Shown piece by piece: positions 18,643 to 28,500 of a stretch of DNA of 64,000 bases (its first letter is position 1; each line of letters starts with the position of its first letter). The notes beneath the pieces are model-generated. The model was given only the letters and a program-made list of their open reading frames with translations. It ran no database searches and was not told the origin of the DNA. A program made the position numbers and the translations under genes. The DNA is from Bacillota bacterium (lineage in GTDB: Bacteria; Bacillota; Clostridia; TANB77; CAG-465): contig JAEYPQ010000030.1 of NCBI GenBank assembly GCA_023410645.1, positions 11,680-75,679 of the forward strand, given 5' to 3'.

Positions 18643-19958
18643 TGGATACAGTTACAATTATTGGTATTGTTTTAATTTTAGGATTTGGAATAGCTTTTAC
18701 AATAGCTATGATTATTCAAGGTAATAAAGCAAAGAAAAATGTTTCCAAGACTTCAAGTGATAAAACTTCAACACAAAAAGATTATAAGACAAATAAAAGT
18801 GGGGAAATACCTAAAAAAGATATATTAAATTTTATGGAGTTTGATAGAATTGTAGATGATATGATTTTACAAGAAAAAGAAAGCAAATATACTATGGTTG
18901 TTCAATGTAAGGGAATAAATTATGATCTTATGTCAGAAATCGAACAATTATCCGTTGAAGAAGGTTTTATAACTTTTTTAAATACTTTAAAATTTCCTGT
19001 ACAATTATATGTACAAGCAAGAGCAATTGATCTTAAAAAGAGTATGGAAATATATAAAGAAAATGTAGATGGTATTTCAAATCAATTTAATGATGCTGAA
19101 AATAGATTGAAAAATGTTGCTAGTAATCTAAATTCTACAAATGCTCAATTAAATGAAGCTAAAATGGAAAGAGAAAAATATTTGAATATGCTTGAATATG
19201 CTAATGACATTAAAAGATATATGGAAGTTTTAAGCCTAAATAAACATGTATTGCAGAGAAAATTCTATGTTGTAATCTCTTATCATAAATCTGAAGTTAC
19301 TGCTACATCAGAATTTACTAAAGAAGAATTACATGAGATATGTCATAGAGAATTATACACAAGAGCACAAACAATTATAAGTGCACTTTCTGCTTGTTCA
19401 GTATCTTCTAGAGTATTATCTTCAAACGAACTTGCAGAGTTATTATATATTTCATATAATAGGGATGATGAAAAATTAATTGATATAAAGACTGCATTGG
19501 ATTCTGGTTTTTATAGATTGTATTCCACATCTGAAGATGTATATGATAAAAAACAAAACCTAATGCAAAGAGAAATTGAAGAAGAGGCTAAAAGAAGAGT
19601 TACAGATGCAATAAAAGAAGCTTTAGATGCTGAAAAAATAAAAACTCCAGATGAATTAACTGAGGAATTTGAAGAAAGAGCTGATAGAGAAGCAATTACT
19701 ATAGTAAGAGATTCAGATATAGATGATGAATCTAAAGATAAACTTATAAATATAATTGCAGAAAATCATGTAGCAAAAGCAAATGTAAGAAAAGATATTA
19801 AAAAGGCTGGTTTAGATAATGAGCAAATTGATAATAAAGTAAATGCTGAAGATAATGATGAGCAAGCTGAATCAAAAGAAGAAAATAATAATATAGATAA
19901 TCAAAGTGAATTAAAAAATGATAAAATCATAAATAATGAAAATGATTCTATTATTTAG
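18642..19958 (+). CDS. T4SS-associated membrane-anchored coiled-coil protein with acidic C-terminal tail (438 aa)
   Basis: Start overlaps the upstream stop (ATAAATGG). One N-terminal TM helix. Residues 60-140 (FMEFDRIVDDMILQEKESKYTMVVQCKGINYDLMSEIEQLSVEEGFITFLNTLKFPVQLYVQ) resemble the N-terminal segment of Gram-positive VirB4 proteins as I recall it. Long coiled coil, then a D/E/N-rich tail. Confidence 0.35.
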   Translation: MDTVTIIGIVLILGFGIAFTIAMIIQGNKAKKNVSKTSSDKTSTQKDYKTNKSGEIPKKDILNFMEFDRIVDDMILQEKESKYTMVVQCKGINYDLMSEIEQLSVEEGFITFLNTLKFPVQLYVQARAIDLKKSMEIYKENVDGISNQFNDAENRLKNVASNLNSTNAQLNEAKMEREKYLNMLEYANDIKRYMEVLSLNKHVLQRKFYVVISYHKSEVTATSEFTKEELHEICHRELYTRAQTIISALSACSVSSRVLSSNELAELLYISYNRDDEKLIDIKTALDSGFYRLYSTSEDVYDKKQNLMQREIEEEAKRRVTDAIKEALDAEKIKTPDELTEEFEERADREAITIVRDSDIDDESKDKLINIIAENHVAKANVRKDIKKAGLDNEQIDNKVNAEDNDEQAESKEENNNIDNQSELKNDKIINNENDSII

Positions 19959-19971
19959 GAGGTAAAATACA

Positions 19972-21945
19972 ATGGGAAAAGATAAAAAAAATAAAAAAGG
20001 TAATAACACTCAAGAAGAACTTGTTAGAGCTAATGAAGAAAGTGTTAATTTTCTAGAATCAAATAAATCAAATTTAAAAGACTTAATATCACCTGCTGGA
20101 ATAGATGCAAGTCATTATGATTATATGGAGATATTCTCTAAAGTGTCTAGATATATTAGAACTTTCTATGTTACAACTTTACCTAGACAAGCATCTTTCC
20201 CTTATTTCTTATCAAATATATATGAATTTGGGGATGTAAATACTTCAGTATTTATAACTCCTATTTCGGAAACTGCATCACAAAGAGATTTAAATAAAAC
20301 TATTGTTGAGTTACAATCCGAAAGGTATGTTGCAGCAGATAGGGGAGATATAAATAGAGCGGCAGTTCTTGCAACTAAGCAATCTGAGGCTGAGGAGTTA
20401 AGAGATCAAATTGCTGCTGGATATAATAAACTATTTGAAGCTACAATTGTTGCTAGTTTATTTGCATATAGTAAAAATGAGCTTGATAAAGCATCTGAAC
20501 TTCTAGCAATGGAAGCTTCAAAAAATATGGTTGGAATAAAAGCTACTTGGGCAATGCAAGAAGAGGCTTTTCAAAGTAACCTACCTCTAAATAAAAATAA
20601 ATTAAATAGAAAACATACTTTTGATAGAGGGTCAATGGCAACAGTTTTTCCTTTTGTTTCTTCGGAAGTTGGACATGATATTGGTGTACCTATTGGAATA
20701 AATAAACAAACTGGATTACCTCTATTGTTTGATAATTTCCACTCTTCTCTTAATAATTATAATATGATAATATTTGGAAAATCTGGATCTGGTAAATCTG
20801 TTACAATTAAAACAATTATGGCAAGATCTTCAGTATTAATGGGAGTTGAAAACTTAGTTATAGATGCTGAAGGAGAATATTCAGTGGTTGCTGAGTCATT
20901 AAATGGAATAAATATAGTAATAAGTCCAAACAGTAATACAATAATAAACATATTCGACATCGAGCCAGAAACAGTAAAAGATGAAATAACTGGTAGGGAA
21001 AGAATAGTTTTAAATGTTGAAAATAAGGTTGAGGATGCAACACAATCTTTATTAACAATGGCTCGTGGTGCTACTAGAAGTCAGGAAGTAAATGAACTTA
21101 CAAAGCAGATAATTGCAGAAATAGTTGCAGAATTATATGCAAGAAGGAAAATTAAAAGTGATATAAATTCACTATATGAAGATGCAAATGAGTTAAATGT
21201 AACAAATAATTTTGTTGGTCTTAAGAAAAAAGAAATGCCGACAATAGGTGATTGGTATGATGTACTTGTAGAAAAAGCATCAGAAAATACCACAGAAACA
21301 TATGCATATCATTATAATTATTTACTTAAAGTAATGAAACAATATTGTAAAAAATTTGATGGTCAAATGTCTTATTTTGATGGTCAATCAACTTTTGAAT
21401 TGATGGATGGTAATCAATTTATAAATCTTAATCTTTCTCAACTTGAAGAAAAATTTGCAAGACCTTTGGCACAGCAAATACTCCTTTCTTGGGTATGGGA
21501 AAAGTATGTTAAGAAAAATAGCGAAAATAGAACTAAGGCAAGAAGAAAAAGGGTTCTTATAGATGAGGCATGGATGTTACTTGATTATCCTGAAGCAGTT
21601 CAATTTTTAAATACAATGGCAAGACGTGCTAGAAAAAGAAATGTTTCTCTTGCAGTTGTATCACAGAAATTCCAAGATTTCTATGAAAAGAAAGAAGCAC
21701 AAGCAGTTTTAACTTCTTCTGATACAAAATTATTTTTGGCTCAAGATAAATCTGAAATTGAATACTTAAAAGAAGTATTTAAATTAAGTGAAGGAGAAAC
21801 AGATTTCTTACTTACATGTTCAAGAGGTGAAGGTCTTATACGTATAGGTCAAGAATCAGCGGTAATTGCTATACAGCCAACACAAAAAGAATTTGAATTT
21901 GTTGAAACAAATTTGACAAATATAATTGCGCGTAAACAAAGCTAA
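19972..21945 (+). CDS. VirB4-family T4SS ATPase (TraE/PrgJ/TcpF-like, 657 aa)
   Basis: Walker A IFGKSGSGKSVT. Walker B in RVLIDEAWMLLD, the DEAW hallmark of VirB4/TrbE/CagE. N-terminal motif RTFYVTTLPRQASFPYFLSNIYEFGDVNTSVFITPI matches the conserved FYV..LP...W/FL....d.s.hI.P block of Gram-positive VirB4. Length matches pIP501 TraE-type VirB4. Confidence 0.8.
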   Translation: MGKDKKNKKGNNTQEELVRANEESVNFLESNKSNLKDLISPAGIDASHYDYMEIFSKVSRYIRTFYVTTLPRQASFPYFLSNIYEFGDVNTSVFITPISETASQRDLNKTIVELQSERYVAADRGDINRAAVLATKQSEAEELRDQIAAGYNKLFEATIVASLFAYSKNELDKASELLAMEASKNMVGIKATWAMQEEAFQSNLPLNKNKLNRKHTFDRGSMATVFPFVSSEVGHDIGVPIGINKQTGLPLLFDNFHSSLNNYNMIIFGKSGSGKSVTIKTIMARSSVLMGVENLVIDAEGEYSVVAESLNGINIVISPNSNTIINIFDIEPETVKDEITGRERIVLNVENKVEDATQSLLTMARGATRSQEVNELTKQIIAEIVAELYARRKIKSDINSLYEDANELNVTNNFVGLKKKEMPTIGDWYDVLVEKASENTTETYAYHYNYLLKVMKQYCKKFDGQMSYFDGQSTFELMDGNQFINLNLSQLEEKFARPLAQQILLSWVWEKYVKKNSENRTKARRKRVLIDEAWMLLDYPEAVQFLNTMARRARKRNVSLAVVSQKFQDFYEKKEAQAVLTSSDTKLFLAQDKSEIEYLKEVFKLSEGETDFLLTCSRGEGLIRIGQESAVIAIQPTQKEFEFVETNLTNIIARKQS

Positions 21946-21951
21946 TTAAGA

Positions 21952-22929
21952 ATGGGTGATGAAATGATTAAATTAAAGAATAAGAAACATATACTAATGA
22001 TTACAATTATTATACTTATGATAGTAGCATTAAATGTATTACCATTTAGTAACATTCATGCATATACGAATGATGCACCTCAGGCATCAGATGCTGAAAA
22101 TCTAGTAAAAGGTGCTATAGGATGGATATTATCCACTGGTGCTGGAGTTTTGGCTACTCCAATAACTTATGTTATAAATATGGTTAATGTTGTAATATTT
22201 AGCATTCTATATACTGTATTTGTAGGTTCTAAGATTGTAGATACTATATTTTCATTTCCAACACCTGATAATGTAATTTTTAATAGAATAGGCTTTTTTG
22301 ACCCTAATTTTATTAATCCTACCCCTGTAGAGAGTGCACCGGTAGTACAAATAAAAACTGTAATTCAAAGTCTATATTATTCTTTCTTTACAGTAGCAAT
22401 AACAATATTTGTTATTGCAGCACTTGTTATTGGAATAAAGCTTGCACTATCTACAATAGCTTCTGAAAAAGCTCAATTTAAGAATGCATTGAAAAATTGG
22501 GTTATGGGTATAGTTTTATTATTTACAATACATTTTGTCATGGCAGGAATTTTTGCAATAAATGAAGAGATAGTTAAAATTGCATCTAACTATGCTGGAG
22601 ACAATATTAGTTTTAATATACAAGTTACTTCTGGAATTCCTGTGGTAGGAAATGCACTGTCTAGTATTATAAGAGGATTTAGTGATTTAATTGGAAGTAA
22701 TAATCCAATTGATGCTTTTCAAATGAATGGATATTTAGGATTAATAATACAATTTTTAGTTAAGTCAGTTGGTGGAGATTTATTATCTTCAATAGCACTT
22801 ACGATAATTTTATTCCAGACTGTTGCGATAGTTGCTATGTATATTAAAAGACTATTTTATTGTATAATCCTTGGAGTAATAGCGCCTCTTGTTGTAGCAG
22901 CAGATGTAGTAAAGAAATCTATAGGTTAA
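21952..22929 (+). CDS. Polytopic membrane protein, VirB6/TrbL-like candidate (325 aa)
   Basis: Signal/TM at N-terminus, then at least 5 TM helices with short loops. Positioned right after the VirB4-like gene as in Tn916/ICEBs1/pCW3-type loci. No catalytic motif. Confidence 0.4.
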   Translation: MGDEMIKLKNKKHILMITIIILMIVALNVLPFSNIHAYTNDAPQASDAENLVKGAIGWILSTGAGVLATPITYVINMVNVVIFSILYTVFVGSKIVDTIFSFPTPDNVIFNRIGFFDPNFINPTPVESAPVVQIKTVIQSLYYSFFTVAITIFVIAALVIGIKLALSTIASEKAQFKNALKNWVMGIVLLFTIHFVMAGIFAINEEIVKIASNYAGDNISFNIQVTSGIPVVGNALSSIIRGFSDLIGSNNPIDAFQMNGYLGLIIQFLVKSVGGDLLSSIALTIILFQTVAIVAMYIKRLFYCIILGVIAPLVVAADVVKKSIG

Positions 22930-22941
22930 AGGAGGATTAAT

Positions 22942-24081
22942 ATGGGAGAAAAAAATAATAAAAAGGGATTATTTGAAAATTGGTTTTCCATGTTTGTTTC
23001 CAATGTTTTTATACAAAGCTTTCAAGCAGTATTTTTAATGTTTCTATTGCAATTTATAGCAGGGGTACAAAAATCAAATGCATCTGATATGCTTATTGCA
23101 TTATTAACTATTGCTGGACTTGCTGGTATAATTAAATTTGAAAAATTAGTCCAAGAAATATTTCAAATTAAAGAATCTAAAAGTGGTAGTTTCGGTAGAA
23201 ACTTCTATAGAACTATGCAGGGTATAAAAAGTGGTTCTGATCTAGTAAGTAGAACTTCAGAGCCTTTTAAAAACTATGCAAATGTTAAGAGAAATAGAAT
23301 TAAATTAGACAATGAAATAGCGGCAAGAAAAATCACTGATAAACCAAAAACTCAGGATAGTGGTGTTGGTACTAGTACAGGTGGTACAGGTGCTACAGTT
23401 CAAGGCACTGCTGCAAGTCAAATCTTAAATCCTCAATCTGGAGGGACTGCTAGACAAATTGTAGACGCTAATGGAAATCCTATTTCAAGTGGAAGATTTT
23501 CAACTGGACCAGTTGTTGCAGCTAGTTCTAATGGACAAAATATTTCAGGTGGAAGTTTTGAAAAAATGGAAGCTAGCTTAGACAGATTAGCAAAAATTAT
23601 GGAAAAGAGTACTGGAGTTTCTGATAATTCTTCTAAATCGATACCAGAGTTAGAAAAACAAAGAGATGAATTAAAACTTCAAGAATCTAAATTAGGAATG
23701 CAAAGATTTACTAGACTTGGAACAACGCTTGCTGCTGTTGGTGGAGCTTTTGGCGCAAATGATGGAGATTTTGGGGAGGCTATGACTCTTGCAAATGTTG
23801 TTGATAAACCTTTGGATTCTGCAAGTGACAAGATGATTAATAGTAGGGTTTATAAACCAAGATACAAAGAGGCACTCCAAGAGTATAACCAAGCTATACA
23901 AACAAAAAGCCCTGATGCTATGGAAGCATTCAAAAAACTTGAATCAGCAAGTAAAACAATGCATAATTCACTTGCAAGAGAAGCTGAAGATTTTGCTAGA
24001 AGCGCCGTAAATTCGTTTACACCTTCTAAAGAAGCAAGAAAAAAGCGTAGAGTAGATATTGATAGTATAGATGTAATTTAG
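22942..24081 (+). CDS. Membrane protein with two N-terminal TM helices, Gly/Thr/Ser-rich linker and C-terminal coiled coil (379 aa)
   Basis: RBS AAAGGAGG before the ATG. Low-complexity segment GVGTSTGGTGATVQGTAASQ. Coiled-coil C-terminus. No recognisable enzymatic motif. Confidence 0.35.
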   Translation: MGEKNNKKGLFENWFSMFVSNVFIQSFQAVFLMFLLQFIAGVQKSNASDMLIALLTIAGLAGIIKFEKLVQEIFQIKESKSGSFGRNFYRTMQGIKSGSDLVSRTSEPFKNYANVKRNRIKLDNEIAARKITDKPKTQDSGVGTSTGGTGATVQGTAASQILNPQSGGTARQIVDANGNPISSGRFSTGPVVAASSNGQNISGGSFEKMEASLDRLAKIMEKSTGVSDNSSKSIPELEKQRDELKLQESKLGMQRFTRLGTTLAAVGGAFGANDGDFGEAMTLANVVDKPLDSASDKMINSRVYKPRYKEALQEYNQAIQTKSPDAMEAFKKLESASKTMHNSLAREAEDFARSAVNSFTPSKEARKKRRVDIDSIDVI

Positions 24082-24091
24082 GAGAGTTTAT

Positions 24092-24670
24092 ATGTTTAAA
24101 CAATTAAATAAAGGAACTAATATAATAATTATAGTAGTATTTGCACTTGCCTGTTTGAGTTTTATTATAAATGCCATTATAGGTATATTTAAAAAACCAG
24201 AGTTATTGAATACTGATGATATAACTCAATATATAATAACTGATAATGTTGTTGATGAAAATGGAAATATAACAAAAGCTTCTAATATAGTTAAAGATTA
24301 TAATACTTTTTACACTTTGCAAGATGCTACTGAAAACTTTATACAATATATAGTCGATCAAAAATTTTCTCAAACATATAGTGTACTTTCTGATGAAATT
24401 AAAAGTAAATATTCTAAATCAGAGTACGAAGATAAGATTAAAGTTGTATATGATAAAAACTTTTCAGTCACTTATAGTGATGAGAATATAAAAAATGGAC
24501 AAGATAATGGAATTAATAATTTTAATAACTCAAATAATTTGGTAAATTTATATAAAATATCTGAAAATGAATATATTTGTGAGACTAAGAATGTACATTC
24601 AAAAATTTTTAAACTAGGTATAAGATTGGAAAATAATAATACATATAAAGTTTTTTATATTGATTTTTAA
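24092..24670 (+). CDS. N-terminally anchored extracytoplasmic protein (192 aa), possible VirB8-like scaffold
   Basis: Single N-terminal TM (IIIIVVFALACLSFIINAIIGIF) followed by a soluble mixed alpha/beta domain. Role inferred only from context. Confidence 0.3.
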   Translation: MFKQLNKGTNIIIIVVFALACLSFIINAIIGIFKKPELLNTDDITQYIITDNVVDENGNITKASNIVKDYNTFYTLQDATENFIQYIVDQKFSQTYSVLSDEIKSKYSKSEYEDKIKVVYDKNFSVTYSDENIKNGQDNGINNFNNSNNLVNLYKISENEYICETKNVHSKIFKLGIRLENNNTYKVFYIDF

Positions 24671-24680
24671 GAGGTGTTTG

Positions 24681-25556
24681 ATGGAAGAACAAAAAAATAG
24701 TAAAATAATATTAGGTTTATCCGCTATATTTATTTTGGTATTTGTGATTATTGCTATATTTGCATTAGTACAAATATGGAAACCTAAAGACAATACTGAA
24801 GAAAAAATTGTTTTATCGTCTAGTAATGATAAAATAGGTACATATAAGAAAATTAAGTATACTGAAAATCAGCAAATTTCCCAGTATATAACTCTTGTCA
24901 CTAATGCTATTGTTAGTAGTGATACTGATAAATTATATTCTATGTTAAATGAGGAATATAGAGATTATTTTAGCATTGATAAAACAAAAGCAGAAAACAT
25001 TTTTAAGACAAGAGGATTTCTTGGAAGAATGTTAACTTCTGACAAATATACTAAGGCTACAATAGATGGTAGAAGCATTTATATAGTTCCTTTAAAGACT
25101 TCCGTAAATGGAGCAATATATGATAATGTGATAATAACTGAATATTCACCAAGAAAATTTTCTATTGCTTTTGATGATTTCCTTACTTATGATAAATCAG
25201 AAAAAGTATATTATAGAGATGAACTTAAATTAGTTGTATATAATAAAGTTAATTTTATAACTTCGGTAAGTGCTAAAGTTAAGATTACAAATTTATCAGA
25301 TGAGAGAATAACAATAAATGATTCACACAAATATGAGAATTTCTACATAAGATTTAATGATCAAAGCGAAGTATTAACAAATTTGAGCTTTTTATCTGGT
25401 GAATCTTATGAGATGATAAAAAATCAGGAATTGGCTTTTGATGCTTCTTTTGAAATTCCTGCATTATCTCATCAGGCAATAAATTCATATGTATTAAAAG
25501 ATGTTAAATATATGAAAAATGGTGCCACAAAAGATTTAGAATTTAATATAAAATAG
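24681..25556 (+). CDS. N-terminally anchored extracytoplasmic protein (291 aa), possible VirB8/TcpC-like
   Basis: ATG at 24681 follows GAGGTG (24671-24676); the six-frame ORF opens at 24660. Single TM (ILGLSAIFILVFVIIAIFALV) then a soluble domain. Size and topology are like TcpC/VirB8-like proteins, by inference. Confidence 0.3.
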   Translation: MEEQKNSKIILGLSAIFILVFVIIAIFALVQIWKPKDNTEEKIVLSSSNDKIGTYKKIKYTENQQISQYITLVTNAIVSSDTDKLYSMLNEEYRDYFSIDKTKAENIFKTRGFLGRMLTSDKYTKATIDGRSIYIVPLKTSVNGAIYDNVIITEYSPRKFSIAFDDFLTYDKSEKVYYRDELKLVVYNKVNFITSVSAKVKITNLSDERITINDSHKYENFYIRFNDQSEVLTNLSFLSGESYEMIKNQELAFDASFEIPALSHQAINSYVLKDVKYMKNGATKDLEFNIK

Positions 25557-25595
25557 GTAGTTTGTTTGCTATATAAAAAAGCGAGGTGATATTAT

Positions 25596-28500
25596 TTGGA
25601 CGATTTTGAAAAAGAGTACGAAGAAGAGCTACTTAGACAACAACAAGAAGAACAAAGAAATCAAGATATAAATATTAGGGATACATATGATAAATTAAAA
25701 AGTGCACAAGAAAAATACCAAAAACTTTCTGACAAAATTAATAGTTCAAATAATAATCTTAAACAAGGCTCTTTAAATAGAGATGCAGCAAATAATATAA
25801 ATAAATCAGCTGGAAAAAAAGCTACTGAGCAAGGTGCTAAATCAGTAAGTAATGAAGCTGCTAAGAGTGCTGGAAAAGAAGCTGCAAAAACTGCTGGAAA
25901 AGAGGCTGTAAAAAAAACTGGTGAAGAAGCTGCGAAAGAGGCGGGGAAGCAGGTAGCAAAAACTGCAGCAAAAGAAGCAGCTAAAAAGGGAGCTGAAACT
26001 GCTGCAGCTGGTACAGGAGTTGGTATACCTATTGCTGCTGCAATTGAGGCTGCTGACCAGGCACAAAAGCTAAAAGTAAAAGCAGAAGAAAAAATAAAGG
26101 AAACTACTGGAATAGATTTAAAAGAATCAAGAAAAAAGAGGAGAAAAATTGTCATAGCATTAGCACTTAGTTTGTTATTTATACTTTTAACGACAAATTA
26201 TGTTTCGAGTCAAGATTTAAATACTACACTTAAATCTTTAATTGCTAGAAGAGAAGCAAGAAATGAAAAGAAGTTAATACAATTTACAGATTCCGAATAT
26301 GATGATTTAATAAACAAAGATTATGTAGATTTACCATCAGGTTACTCTGATAATTCTGTAAATGATGAAAAGTATGCAGATCCAGGTTATAAAAGAATGC
26401 TCGAATATGCATATAGTAATAATTATGATTCTTTTTTAGCTGGTAAAACTACTATAGATAATCAGACAAAAAAAAGCGAAGTTGCTGCAAGTAACACAAG
26501 AAAATATTTAGAAGCAGAAAGACTTAATTTCAATAAAATAAAATGGTATTCATACAAAAGTAACTATACATATAATCATTCATCAAGTTTAGCAAACGAT
26601 GTTGTACCAACATTCTTAAATTCAAGTACAGGTTCAATTCAGGCAAATGGTAAAATTACGGATTCAGAGCTAAATATTCCAAAGTTATCTGAATATGACG
26701 TAAATCCAGGAAGTAATACAAAGCAAAAAGAAGATATGTATATTGATTTACTATCAAATTATATGCAAAAATGGTTTATTCCATATTTAATGATGATTGA
26801 TACGCAGTCAAAGGAATTTACAATTAATGAAGTAATGGAAAAAATGTATAGTCCTGTTAACGTAACTTTATACCAGATTAATAGAGATACCAAAAAAACG
26901 AAAACTACTTACTACCTAGAGTGTGAGGTAGTTATTAGGACAATTACAACTACGATTGGACCTAATGGTGAAATAAGTACCAGTTCACATATTTCAGACA
27001 GAAGAAATTCTAATACTAAGAATGATCCTGTTGGAACAACTAGTTATAATAATGGTAATACTACAATAGAAAAGACAGTAACTTCAAATGGTAAAATTGC
27101 AACTGATTCTTCTGGAAATCCTATGGTAGCATCTGTTACTGTTGAAAGAAATATATCACCATATAAGTATGTACCTAAGATAACTTATTGCGAGGGATTT
27201 TATGATATAATAAGTGCAAGATACAAAATTGATCCTATAAATGAGGCAATAACTCCAAAAAGCACATCTGAAACGCCTCTTACATCGTCGGATGCTAATA
27301 CTTCATATATTACAAAGACTGAGATTTGGGATGAAAATATATTAAATGATGTATATGAAAAGAAAGATTATAAAGTCTCATACTATTCAGATGAAGATTA
27401 TAAGAACTTGGGAAGAAAAGTATCAAGAGTTGAATGGTATCAAGATTATGGAAATTATTTATATAAATCTGGAAAATCTGATGTTGATTTAAAGATCTAT
27501 GACAATGAGATATATCCATTAAAAGTTACAAATAAAGGTGAAACTATTGATGGATATCAAAATGATTATTTATTGAGTTTAGAAGAAGCCTATGACTCAT
27601 ACTCAAATTCAAAAGGATATTCGTATGATGATATGTATTTTGCATATACATTAATAAGTGAATATTATAGTAATATAAATAGTCTTGGAAGTGATGTAAA
27701 TTTAAATTTAAATGGTATACCTTATGATGGATTTGCTTGGCCAGTTGAGATAACAGCAGAAAATCCAGGTACTAATGTTATAAATACACTTTTTGGACTT
27801 ACACCAGCTTATGGAAGTAGTCATACTGGAATAGATATATCAAGTGGAAATCTAAGATATAAGGAAGGAAACTTAACTAAAGGACCTAAAATTTTGGCGG
27901 CACATGATGGAGTTGTTACAGCTGTTTCTAACACTGCCACATCTGATTCAGTATATGATTCTAGCACTGGTCAATTTACTTATATATCACCATATAACTT
28001 TGTAAATATTAGAACACAAGATGGCACTTATACAACTCAATATGGGCATTTATCTGAAATTAATGTTAAGGTAGGAGATACTGTAAAAAGGGGACAAGTT
28101 ATAGGAAGGATGGGTACAACTGGTTATTCTACGGGAGTTCATTTGCATTTTGAGATAATAGATTCTACTGGTGAAAGACTAGATCCTTTGAATTATTATA
28201 TTACAGATCCAGAATATGGAAGTATTAACCGTAACTCAATAACTTCAATGCCAAGTGGTTATGTATATTTAAGGCCTAAGACATTTAGTATATCTGGAAA
28301 TTCACAAATTTCTGATATGATAGCAAAGGCTATAGAATTAGCAAATAAAAAGAATATTTTATATAGACAAAACGGAAGACAAACGGCTAGCACTATAGTT
28401 GGATTAGATAATATTACTCAGGCAGATTGTAGTTCATTTGTATATTCTTTATTTAAAACATACTTAAATATAAACGTCGGAATGACTTCTGATGATATAA

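Noticed and set aside
25800-26000. Short direct repeats that could be mistaken for a CRISPR-like array
   Set aside because: The repeats are degenerate 24-nt coding repeats (AGKEAAKT) inside an ORF, with no spacers of uniform length and no cas genes. No CRISPR array was seen anywhere in the window.
25661-26155. Antisense ORFs (164 aa and 74 aa) with Ala/Ser/Phe-rich translation
   Set aside because: They are the reverse reading of the Lys/Ala-rich GCT/GCA/AAA repeat at the 5' end of the hydrolase gene. They are a repeat artefact, not genes.
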